DNA of 64,000 nt, taken from IMG/VR virus record IMGVR_UViG_3300027708_001637. One strand, given 5' to 3'. A program made the position numbers and the translations under genes. The notes below the pieces were generated by a model. It was given only the letters and a program-made list of their open reading frames with translations, was not told the DNA's origin and ran no database searches. Shown in pieces: positions 27,759 to 35,970 of the stretch; position 1 is the first letter of the stretch, and the number at the start of each line of letters is the position of its first letter. The stretch is from a virus.

Positions 27759-28772
27759 TTATTTTGTGTGCTGTGGTAAAAACTGACGCTTGGTAGCTGG
27801 ATCAATACTTGTCTGTCCAGCTTTGTCACCTGTACCAGAACCTACTGGGCCGGCAGTCTTTCCACCTTGTGGCCAGCCTGTTTCTTTCTTAGCATAACCT
27901 TTAGTATGAGCACCTGGCTTGCTGTTAGCTTCCCACTCTTTACCAGTAAACTGCTCACCCTTTTCTGGGTTAATGCCTTTGCTTACTTTTGGAGGAGTTG
28001 TTCCAGTGTTAGTACCTTCAGCAGTACCTTTTCCACCTAGGATGTTACCAGCATTGGCGCCTGTTGTAGGCTTGCCTTTACCAGAACTAACTGGGCTCTT
28101 ACCTGCGGATGGCTTGCTTTGGCGTTCGCCAGTTCCGGCACCTGCGTCATCACCGTCAGTCTTTTGAGCAGTACCATAGTTATGGCCAACTTTCTCAACG
28201 TACTCACGTGTCATACGACGACCTTCCATGAAGCCCATTCCTTCGTCTTCATCTTCTTCGTCGCCAAATTCTTCTTCGCCGTGTTCTTCACCATCCATAC
28301 CCATTTCAGCTTCTTCGCCGCCTTGAGCACGTTCTAATTCAGCAAACGCAGCTTCTAGTTCTTCAATAGCATTCTTAATGTCCATGATCGCAGTGTCTTC
28401 TTGACCTTCATGATCGTGTTCATCATCCATACCATCGTGTTCTGGAGCATCAAAGTTGTCGCCGTCGGCGGAAATTTCTCCACCAAAGTCATCTGTGGCA
28501 TCACCTGTTTCATCAGCATCCATCATATATGAATCTTCTAGATCCATACTTTCGTCTTGTTGATCTTCGTCGTCTTCTTCTTTAGACTCATCCATTTCTC
28601 TTTCTTCGTCATCCATGGACTCGTCCATGTCCTCATCTGCTTCTTCTTCAGCGATAAGGTTTTCATAAATCTCTCTAGACTTCTCTACAACGATTTCGTG
28701 GAAAAGTTCATTTGCTTTTTCATGATCTTCGTTGACTAGAAAGTCTAACAATTGTTCAAATTTTGTTGACAT
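27759..28772 (-). CDS. Highly acidic prohead core protein (gp67/gp68-like position, 337 aa)
   Basis: D/E-rich N-terminal half and G/K/T-rich C-terminal half. Located upstream of gp21 with a GGAGA SD. Confidence 0.65.
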   Translation of the reverse strand: MSTKFEQLLDFLVNEDHEKANELFHEIVVEKSREIYENLIAEEEADEDMDESMDDEEREMDESKEEDDEDQQDESMDLEDSYMMDADETGDATDDFGGEISADGDNFDAPEHDGMDDEHDHEGQEDTAIMDIKNAIEELEAAFAELERAQGGEEAEMGMDGEEHGEEEFGDEEDEDEGMGFMEGRRMTREYVEKVGHNYGTAQKTDGDDAGAGTGERQSKPSAGKSPVSSGKGKPTTGANAGNILGGKGTAEGTNTGTTPPKVSKGINPEKGEQFTGKEWEANSKPGAHTKGYAKKETGWPQGGKTAGPVGSGTGDKAGQTSIDPATKRQFLPQHTK

Positions 28773-28814
28773 AATATTAATTTCTCCTATAAGGGTAGCG
28801 GCAAGGCTGTGTTG

Positions 28815-28822
28815 TATTTACA
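28815..28822 (-). promoter_or_regulatory. Late promoter TGTAAATA for the head operon
   Basis: TAAATA box about 40 nt upstream of 28772. A second TAAATA lies at 28921-28926. Confidence 0.6.
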
Positions 28823-28955
28823 CGGTAGAAGAATTCCGTGTGCGTAATAGGCTGAAAACCGGGGGTTTTGGCCTTAAAGTGACAGAGTTTAACTCTATAT
28901 TGACTGTTTTTTGTTAAAAATATTTAGTTTTATAAAGTACGAGTAATAGTATACG

Positions 28956-29564
28956 TTATTTACGACAAATGTATTGTCTATCATAATGAAGTTGATCAAC
29001 TAATTGATCGCCATTTAAATAGACCGAATACCCTACTTGAACTATTAATTTATATACTTCTATCAAATCAATTGGATGATGTGTTTCTAAAGATATTAAA
29101 ATATTATTATTTTTTAAAGTTTCTTGAGCACCTTCTAATACATATTGTTCAGCAGTTTCTACATCAATTTTCATTCCAGTAATATTTGTTATATTATGGA
29201 TAGCACAATATTCGTCTATTGTGATTGTATCAACTTCTTCATAATTTTCAGATTCGTGAGTTGTACTTACATTAACAAGACCTAAATTTATAGTAAATCC
29301 TCCCCAATCTGATCCTACTTCATATTTTGGACCGTATAACTTTACTTTACTATTGCTGTTTGATACTGCAATTTTTTCTGTAACAACATTATCTAAACCA
29401 GTTACGGCATTTACTAAAGTTCCGTAAGTCAGCTTGGAAGGTTCAAATGCATAAACTTTTGTAGCTTTTGTTGCCATGCGGGGAGTATAATAACCTACAC
29501 TTGCGCCAATATCAAAAAATACTCCAGGTAGAGCAGTGTCAATCATATATTGATTAGTATCCAT
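28956..29564 (-). CDS. FkbM-family SAM-dependent methyltransferase (202 aa)
   Basis: VFFDIGASVGYYT (motif I), VYAFEP, TIDEY, MKIDVETAEQYVLEGA, ISLE.H. Confidence 0.88.
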   Translation of the reverse strand: MDTNQYMIDTALPGVFFDIGASVGYYTPRMATKATKVYAFEPSKLTYGTLVNAVTGLDNVVTEKIAVSNSNSKVKLYGPKYEVGSDWGGFTINLGLVNVSTTHESENYEEVDTITIDEYCAIHNITNITGMKIDVETAEQYVLEGAQETLKNNNILISLETHHPIDLIEVYKLIVQVGYSVYLNGDQLVDQLHYDRQYICRK

Positions 29565-29575
29565 AATTATCCTTA

Positions 29576-29821
29576 TTACATTTGTGCTGCTTCAGGAGGA
29601 GGAGCAGCATACATTTTTCTAACTAAACCAAGTTCTTCCCTATGTTCTTTATCATGAGCCTCACTAGCCTTACGAATATCGTTAATCATTTTTAAAGTCA
29701 AACGAGTCTTTCTTAAATCTTTTTGTTTAAGAATACTGGTATCGTGTTGGCTTTGATAGCGATTATCTTCTTCTGGACCTGCTTGATCTCTGTCAAAATA
29801 AAGGAATTCTCTTAGTATCAT
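29576..29821 (-). CDS. Small hypothetical protein downstream of portal (81 aa)
   Basis: Clean ORF (RKTRLTL..IN..RK) with a late promoter 5 nt before the ATG. Confidence 0.7.
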   Translation of the reverse strand: MILREFLYFDRDQAGPEEDNRYQSQHDTSILKQKDLRKTRLTLKMINDIRKASEAHDKEHREELGLVRKMYAAPPPEAAQM

Positions 29822-29826
29822 ACGAG

Positions 29827-29834
29827 TATTTATG
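29827..29834 (-). promoter_or_regulatory. Late promoter CATAAATA overlapping the portal stop codon
   Basis: The TAA stop of the portal is part of the TAAATA box. Confidence 0.6.
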
Positions 29835-31587
29835 CAGGAGCGCCTTCGCCGCCAGGTGCAGCACCTGGGCTTCCGCCAGCAGTTGGCACCGGGCTTGCAC
29901 CTTCATCTCCCTCGTCCCCTGCCATATTTTCTTCTGGAGTGGGTGCACTTAATCCGCCAATATCTCCAGCCATATTGTTGGCAGTGATACCTGCACTACG
30001 AAGTTCACTTGAAGCACTTAGATATTGATCTTCGTCAACATTTTCTTCTTTCCACTGTGTTTCGTTTTGTGCAATTTCTTCTCTTGTTAATCCCAAGAAT
30101 CGTTCCAAAGCAAAACGTTTACTGACGAAAGGTACAGCAACCATAGTGTTAAAAGTATTAACACGAGCGGTATCCATTTCCGCTTGTCTATAGGATGCAA
30201 AGTTTTGCGGAGGATTAAACTTGATATCAAATATGTTGCTGTCAACGTTGATTCCTTTGCTATGAATGTACAATTTGAATTCAGTGTCAAAGGGCTCGTT
30301 AATTAATGATTGTAGTCGCTCGCAATATTTGTTGAAACGTAATTCCTGAATAAAGGCTGTTCCAACTCGTCCGTCATTAAAGTTGCTTCCTCCATCGTCG
30401 CTGCCAGTTGGTAAGTAACTACTAGGGATACGAAGAGCCCTAAATAACTTATTAGTAAAATAACGAAGGTCATCAATTTCTCCTAAGTTTTGTCCACCTT
30501 GTAGCAATGTAACATCACTACCTCGGCCTTCAGCAGTACGTGGGAAGAAATAATCTTCGTTGATACTTAATGGATTATAACTAGCGTCAATTAAACTTTG
30601 ACCGCCGCCGCCCATACTGGGAATACGGCGTTGGTTAATTTCATTTTTTACACGCTCAACAAAGCTCATTGCCAAGTGACTGGGCATATTGCCCACATCA
30701 ATATGGAAAATTCTACGCTCTGGCGCACGTTGTATACGATAGATTAGAATAGCATCTTCTAACAATTCTTTTTGTTTGAATACTTTGAAGATACTTTCCA
30801 TCAAACTATTACCAAATGGATAGTTGTTGTCCAAGCCTTCACTCATAGAGATATGAATAACGTGGCGTGCATCAATAGCATATTGATTTTGATTTTCAGC
30901 AAATCTGCCACCAGCAGCAGTTGTTGGAAATGAACCAGTCATTCCTCTGCCGCCGCCTGCGCCGCCTTGGCCACTGCTATATGCGCCTCCGAACTGACTA
31001 CCGCCACCACTTTGATTACTAGGTTGAATAGCAGTTGTACTCAATGCTTCAAAGTTAGGATTAAAATCACGAATCATATATTGTTCAGGCTTTTTGCCTT
31101 CTGATTCGTTTACAATAATTTTATCTACTTTAGCCGGATCTACATACATCCAAGCCTGTGTTTCTGGGTCACGGACAAAGAAACTATCACCAAACTTAAA
31201 TGCATTTCGTACGATTTTAAACATACGAATAGGGAATTTGTTTAACTTACACCACTGTTGTAGATACTTTTTAATGATCTTAATTTCAGTTGTAGTGGCT
31301 TGTTCTTTAAATTTAATTTGAAATGGAGTTCCGTTTTCTTCATTTAATTGGCAGCAAAACTCTGCTAAAATATCAAATGCAGCATTAACTTCACTGTCGC
31401 TATCCATAGTATCGTACTGACCATAACGTTCTAATCTGTTGGGATGTCCAGCATAAACGTCAGGCAAGTAACTGCTATAATTCGAACGGCTTGGATTATT
31501 GCCACTCATATTCATACTGGCAGAGCCACTGATAGGGCTCATTTTGCCTGCTAAATTAACAGGCGTGAAATATTTTTTCCAACTCAA
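29830..31587 (-). CDS. gp20: Portal protein, T4 gp20-like (585 aa), TTG start
   Basis: YDTMDSDSEVNAAFD, KQKELLEDAILIYRIQRAPERRIFHIDVGNMP, EDYFFPRTAEGRGS, YF.NKLFRALRIPSSYL. GGAG SD 8 nt before the TTG. Confidence 0.96.
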   Translation of the reverse strand: MSWKKYFTPVNLAGKMSPISGSASMNMSGNNPSRSNYSSYLPDVYAGHPNRLERYGQYDTMDSDSEVNAAFDILAEFCCQLNEENGTPFQIKFKEQATTTEIKIIKKYLQQWCKLNKFPIRMFKIVRNAFKFGDSFFVRDPETQAWMYVDPAKVDKIIVNESEGKKPEQYMIRDFNPNFEALSTTAIQPSNQSGGGSQFGGAYSSGQGGAGGGRGMTGSFPTTAAGGRFAENQNQYAIDARHVIHISMSEGLDNNYPFGNSLMESIFKVFKQKELLEDAILIYRIQRAPERRIFHIDVGNMPSHLAMSFVERVKNEINQRRIPSMGGGGQSLIDASYNPLSINEDYFFPRTAEGRGSDVTLLQGGQNLGEIDDLRYFTNKLFRALRIPSSYLPTGSDDGGSNFNDGRVGTAFIQELRFNKYCERLQSLINEPFDTEFKLYIHSKGINVDSNIFDIKFNPPQNFASYRQAEMDTARVNTFNTMVAVPFVSKRFALERFLGLTREEIAQNETQWKEENVDEDQYLSASSELRSAGITANNMAGDIGGLSAPTPEENMAGDEGDEGASPVPTAGGSPGAAPGGEGAPA

Positions 31588-31610
31588 AGTAGATTCTCCG
31601 ACTTATACGT

Positions 31611-31618
31611 TATTTATA
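31611..31618 (-). promoter_or_regulatory. Late promoter TATAAATA for portal
   Basis: Exact T4 consensus 23 nt upstream of the start. Confidence 0.75.
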
Positions 31619-31645
31619 GACTTAGTACAGTGGCAGCATATTTCA

Positions 31646-33874
31646 TCAACGGCTACCTAATCCGTTAGGGTAAGCAGATCTGCCAGTCCCTTGAGGAGTG
31701 TTAATTATTACAGGCTGCTGCGGATTATTTTTACTCTCTTCGTAGTGTTCTTGTGCTTGTTTTAATCGACGATCGGCAATTGCATTTGCAATTTGCTGTT
31801 CCGCGTGCAGTTTCTGCAAAAGTTCTGCTTCAGGAGTTAATTCTTTTTTCTTCTTGTTGCTATCACTTTTTAGTGATGCGCCAATTGCATCCCAATTTTG
31901 AAATAATCCTACCCCAGCACCTAATGCGCCGCCCACCGCTGCGCCAACTAGATTTCCAATTACAGGAAAAACAGTTCCCAATTCTGCACCCAACGCTGCA
32001 CCAGTTAATGCACTTGATGCGACATCTGTGTATGCTCCTGCTGTTGGGTGATCGTTTTCTTTCAAATAATTAGCACCCATACCGAGTCCTAAACCAGCTA
32101 TTCCAGCACCAGCAATAACCCCTGGAGTTATTTTAGAATTATATCGTCTTCCGCCAGCGGCCTTTGCTTCTGCTTCAAGTCTTGCCGCACGTTCAGCGGC
32201 ATTTTCTGGATATCGGCCATTTGCTGTTTCTCGTGAAAGACTGTTGCCCCCTGTTCCACTAAGACTACGTAGAACAATCACATACATAGGATTATTAATA
32301 CTTCCCAAACTTGAAAATTTATTTAAAAAACTTGTTGCGCCAGCACTTAATGCTGAATCTGCTTTTCCGCGTAATTGTAAGTATTTCAAAGTGCCATAAA
32401 AAGCCAGCAATGCTCCACCTATTAGGTAAAATCTATCAGCAACTGTTTTTAAGACAAGAGAAATTCCCTGCATAGGATAATACAATGCGCTCAGCAATGT
32501 ATTGCCTATCTTCTTAAATTCCAATTCAGTATCAGCAGCAGTTTTAGCCTGTGAATTATTTTGTGCAATTTGTTTACGAACAGTTGCTTCTAACTGTTTT
32601 GCACTGCCTTCGGCAGTGTCGGCACCTTGTTTTTGCAATTGTATAGCACGCAATCCGGCGCCGCTAACAGTTTGATTAGTATATGATAACACATCGCCAG
32701 CAGTGCCTATTCGATTGACCCCATCTACTACGCCTTCATTAAAATTTCCAAGTCCCCGTTCTACGCCTGCCAAAGTACCTGTAGCACTTCTTGCTTGATC
32801 CGCCATTTGGTATACACCGTTAGCGGCTTGTCCAAATATTCCAACAAATTGCCTAGCATCTTTAGTTATTGGAGGGAGCCCTGCTATCCTTGACATATAT
32901 GCATCTTGGGCACCTGCAATACCAGACATTGCCGCTGCCTGCCTACCTACTTCAGCGCGAACTTTTTGTTCTTCTGTCATATTAGACAGTACTCGTTGAT
33001 AAGCAGCGTTTGCAGCCGCTTTCTTTTGTTCTTCTTCTTGTTGTTTTCTACTGATACCACTAAGTTGGGTTAGTTTATCAAGTTCAGTAAGATATTCACC
33101 TGTTGCTGCGGTAATGCCATTAGTGTTTAATAATTCTTCTTTTGATCTCCCACCAGTAGCATTTATAAATGATAACATCCCTTTGCTGACATCTTCAGTA
33201 GAATATCCCAGAGATAAAAGTTTTGAACCAACTTCACTAGTAATCAATGAATTATTCAAAATTGCAAATGAGCGAACTCCGTCATCAACTGTACCGCCCA
33301 TCTTTGCAAATGTAGTGCCATTATTTCTTACAATTTCAGTAAATTCTTTTAGCGACAAGTATGAATTTGAAGCAGCCAATCGCATATCATAAAGACTTCC
33401 GCTAAAATTTGCACCCACAGAAGTTAATTCTCGATACGATGCTATGCTTGTTTCTTGAAATTTGGCAAGGGCTGAAAATGCGTTAAGAACATACTCAATT
33501 CTTTGAGGAAACAAACTGGCCATGGATCCTAGAACACTGCTAAGGCCTGCAGATCCTTCAATCAATTTTCCAGTAACACTCATCAAAGACATGAAAGTAA
33601 CTTTCAATTCTTTTGTTTGTTCTTTGGCATTAGATAATTCATCCCCGGCCTGTTTACTGTTGGTTGTTACAGAGGTTAATCCCTGACCAACTTGTGCCAC
33701 AGTAGCAGGATCAAGTCCTGCTTTGGAGGCCAACGACATGGCACTTTTTATACCTTCTTCAGTTTTAGCAGTGGCTGCTAACAAAGCTCGAAGAGTTGCT
33801 TCCGTAGCAGCATTGTTAAGGGACACATCCTTAATTCCATCTGCTCCAACTATTTGTCCAGTAACTGTTGCCAT
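31646..33874 (-). CDS. Tape-measure-like protein (gp29-like, 742 aa)
   Basis: Long A/G/S-rich helical protein with a glycine-zipper C-terminal region (GAAVGGALGAGVG), divergent from the gp26-like gene. Confidence 0.7.
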   Translation of the reverse strand: MATVTGQIVGADGIKDVSLNNAATEATLRALLAATAKTEEGIKSAMSLASKAGLDPATVAQVGQGLTSVTTNSKQAGDELSNAKEQTKELKVTFMSLMSVTGKLIEGSAGLSSVLGSMASLFPQRIEYVLNAFSALAKFQETSIASYRELTSVGANFSGSLYDMRLAASNSYLSLKEFTEIVRNNGTTFAKMGGTVDDGVRSFAILNNSLITSEVGSKLLSLGYSTEDVSKGMLSFINATGGRSKEELLNTNGITAATGEYLTELDKLTQLSGISRKQQEEEQKKAAANAAYQRVLSNMTEEQKVRAEVGRQAAAMSGIAGAQDAYMSRIAGLPPITKDARQFVGIFGQAANGVYQMADQARSATGTLAGVERGLGNFNEGVVDGVNRIGTAGDVLSYTNQTVSGAGLRAIQLQKQGADTAEGSAKQLEATVRKQIAQNNSQAKTAADTELEFKKIGNTLLSALYYPMQGISLVLKTVADRFYLIGGALLAFYGTLKYLQLRGKADSALSAGATSFLNKFSSLGSINNPMYVIVLRSLSGTGGNSLSRETANGRYPENAAERAARLEAEAKAAGGRRYNSKITPGVIAGAGIAGLGLGMGANYLKENDHPTAGAYTDVASSALTGAALGAELGTVFPVIGNLVGAAVGGALGAGVGLFQNWDAIGASLKSDSNKKKKELTPEAELLQKLHAEQQIANAIADRRLKQAQEHYEESKNNPQQPVIINTPQGTGRSAYPNGLGSR

Positions 33875-33898
33875 TGTTTTTCCCGAGTTTTCTGCGTA

Positions 33899-33906
33899 TA
33901 TAAATA
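33899..33906 (+). promoter_or_regulatory. Late promoter TATAAATA for the gp26-like gene
   Basis: Exact consensus, with a GGAGA SD before the GTG at 33961. Confidence 0.7.
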
Positions 33907-33940
33907 CTGTATAAGATAAAGATTATTCTTATCTACTAGT

Positions 33941-33948
33941 TATTTATT
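33941..33948 (-). promoter_or_regulatory. Late promoter AATAAATA for the tape-measure gene
   Basis: Only TAAATA box on the minus strand upstream of 33874. Confidence 0.6.
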
Positions 33949-33960
33949 CGGAGAAATTCT

Positions 33961-34857
33961 GTGCAACCAACCAATGTTCAATTCCCATCGTCTGCCGCAT
34001 CATTGCCTATTTCAAATCCGCTGGCCATGTATATGCGTCAGCCTAAGATTTACTTTAGATTACCCAGCAGTGGAAATTTTTGGCCCAAAGGCAGCATTGA
34101 AATTCCAGAGACTGGACAGTTACCGGTATATTCAATGACTGCCAAAGATGAATTATTATTGAATGTACCAGATGCATTAATGAATGGGCAAGCTGTTGTT
34201 GATGTAATACAAAACTGTATTCCCAGCATAAAAAATGCTTGGCAGGCTCCCAGTATTGACATTGATGCCATGCTTATTGCCATTAGAATTGCAACATATG
34301 GAGAAATGATGGATACACCCGTGACATTTAAAAATGATATTGTAATGGATTATCAAATTGATCTGCGCACTGTATTAGATAATTTGATTCAATCCATATC
34401 CTGGGATAATGCAATAGAAATTAGTAGCGAACTTACTGTATTTGTCAAACCCCTCAACTATAAACAACTAACTGAATCGGCATTACAAAGTTTTGAAACT
34501 CAAAAAATTATGCAGTTGAGTAACAATGATTCAATAAGTGAAGATGAAAAAGTCAAAATGTTTAAAGAAAGTTTTGCTAAACTGACTAATTCTACAGTGG
34601 GTATGGTATCAGCTAGTATTAGTCATATTGACACATTACAGGGTAGTACAGATAATCCCACTTTTATTAAAGATTTTATTGACAATGTGGACAAAGATGT
34701 TTTTAATAAAATTCAAAAACATTTAGATAAGTTAAAAGATATAAATTCTATCAAACCAATGACTGTACCTGTAACTGATGAAATGCGAGAAAAAGGCATT
34801 TCAGGCGACTCAGTTGAAATTCCATTAGTTTTTGACGCATCAACTTTTTTCGTATGA
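33961..34857 (+). CDS. gp26: Baseplate hub assembly protein, gp26-like (298 aa), GTG start
   Basis: RQPKIY..LPS.G..W, PVYSMTAKDELLL..PDALMNGQAVVDVIQNC.P, D.DAMLIAIRIATYGE. Confidence 0.8.
   Translation: MQPTNVQFPSSAASLPISNPLAMYMRQPKIYFRLPSSGNFWPKGSIEIPETGQLPVYSMTAKDELLLNVPDALMNGQAVVDVIQNCIPSIKNAWQAPSIDIDAMLIAIRIATYGEMMDTPVTFKNDIVMDYQIDLRTVLDNLIQSISWDNAIEISSELTVFVKPLNYKQLTESALQSFETQKIMQLSNNDSISEDEKVKMFKESFAKLTNSTVGMVSASISHIDTLQGSTDNPTFIKDFIDNVDKDVFNKIQKHLDKLKDINSIKPMTVPVTDEMREKGISGDSVEIPLVFDASTFFV
34845..34851 (+). other. Candidate -1 ribosomal frameshift heptamer T TTT TTC
   Basis: In-frame X XXY YYZ site two codons before the gp26-like stop. The -1 frame is open straight into the next ORF. 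Confidence 0.55.
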
Positions 34858-35081
34858 GGCTTTTGTATCTTGATGCTGCTGGTATTGAACGCATAGTAAA
34901 AGAATACGACAGCAATACAAGAGCCTTAAAAGAAGAATTATTAAGAATTTGCTGGTTTATGCGTGGCGGGATTGGTTACAACGACAGTCATATGCTGACC
35001 GTTGAAGAAAGAACTTTGATCAGCAAAATTGTAGAAAAGAATTTGGAAACCACAAAGGAAAGTGGTTTGCCTTTCTTTTAA
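34854..35081 (+). CDS. gp51: Small baseplate hub assembly/tail chaperone, gp51-like (75 aa)
   Basis: W.MRGG..Y.....LT.EER..I.K follows gp26 as in T4 gene order. ATGA overlap, no SD. Confidence 0.65.
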   Translation: MRLLYLDAAGIERIVKEYDSNTRALKEELLRICWFMRGGIGYNDSHMLTVEERTLISKIVEKNLETTKESGLPFF

Positions 35082-35935
35082 AGAACAATTCCTAAGAAAC
35101 GACTGAACCCTACATTTTCCATAGTTTTCTTTTCAGTATCCACTGCCTTTGCTTCATTGTCTGCACGATCCAATCCGTCACGAATTGATTGACGTAGTGC
35201 AGGACCATTTTTTTCATCGTTGTATGTTGCTTTATAATATTCAACTATTGTTTCTGCATTAATTACAGGAGCATTTCCAGTAGATACCGATTGTGCCCCT
35301 GTATCAAATGAGGGGATGCCTTGGTTTGAAGGCTGACCACTTACACTATTTGATGCTGTTTGATTGCCCATAGTCGAAGGCTGTCCAGCAGGTTGAGAAG
35401 TTTGTTGTTGTGATTGAGCAACTGCTGAAAAGATATCATTAAGTTGTTGTTTGTTTAATGGGGAATTTTCTTGTATTTTTGAGAGTTTGTCTTCATTCAT
35501 GCCAGGAATACCTCTAGATCCAAATTTCTGAGGCACAGGTTCCTCTTTTGGAGGTTTAGGCGTCATACCTGCTTGAGCAGTTTGTGCAGCCTTTTTAAAT
35601 TTTTGTTGTTGTGTTTGCGAAGCTGCTGATGATGTTGTAGTATCTACTTCTGTAGGTAATTTGGAACGAGCAGCATCAATAGCACGAGATCCGTATCCCA
35701 GTTGTTTAAGAAATTCAATAACAGAATCACTATCTGATGTCTTATTGTGTTGTTTTAACCAATATGTAAATTTAGTTAGCATTTGAGACACAGTACTACT
35801 TTGTTGATAAACATTTTTCGCACCCTGCACGGAGCCTTTGACGTTTCCAACAACTTTTCCTATTCCTTGGCTAACACCTGCAAGGCTTATTTCATCTAGA
35901 GATAGATCTTCGAGTATAATGTCATTAAGTTTCAT
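35078..35935 (-). CDS. Hypothetical protein (285 aa), possible internal head protein
   Basis: Late promoter upstream, MKLNDIILE start, several L/I/M-x-E motifs and Q/S/T-rich linkers. Confidence 0.65.
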   Translation of the reverse strand: MKLNDIILEDLSLDEISLAGVSQGIGKVVGNVKGSVQGAKNVYQQSSTVSQMLTKFTYWLKQHNKTSDSDSVIEFLKQLGYGSRAIDAARSKLPTEVDTTTSSAASQTQQQKFKKAAQTAQAGMTPKPPKEEPVPQKFGSRGIPGMNEDKLSKIQENSPLNKQQLNDIFSAVAQSQQQTSQPAGQPSTMGNQTASNSVSGQPSNQGIPSFDTGAQSVSTGNAPVINAETIVEYYKATYNDEKNGPALRQSIRDGLDRADNEAKAVDTEKKTMENVGFSRFLGIVL

Positions 35936-35957
35936 GGGTATTCCAAATTTGATATTT

Positions 35958-35965
35958 TATTTATG
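35958..35965 (-). promoter_or_regulatory. Late promoter CATAAATA
   Basis: TAAATA box just after the last hairpin of the structured element and 22 nt before the ATG at 35935. Confidence 0.65.
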
Positions 35966-35970
35966 TAAGG

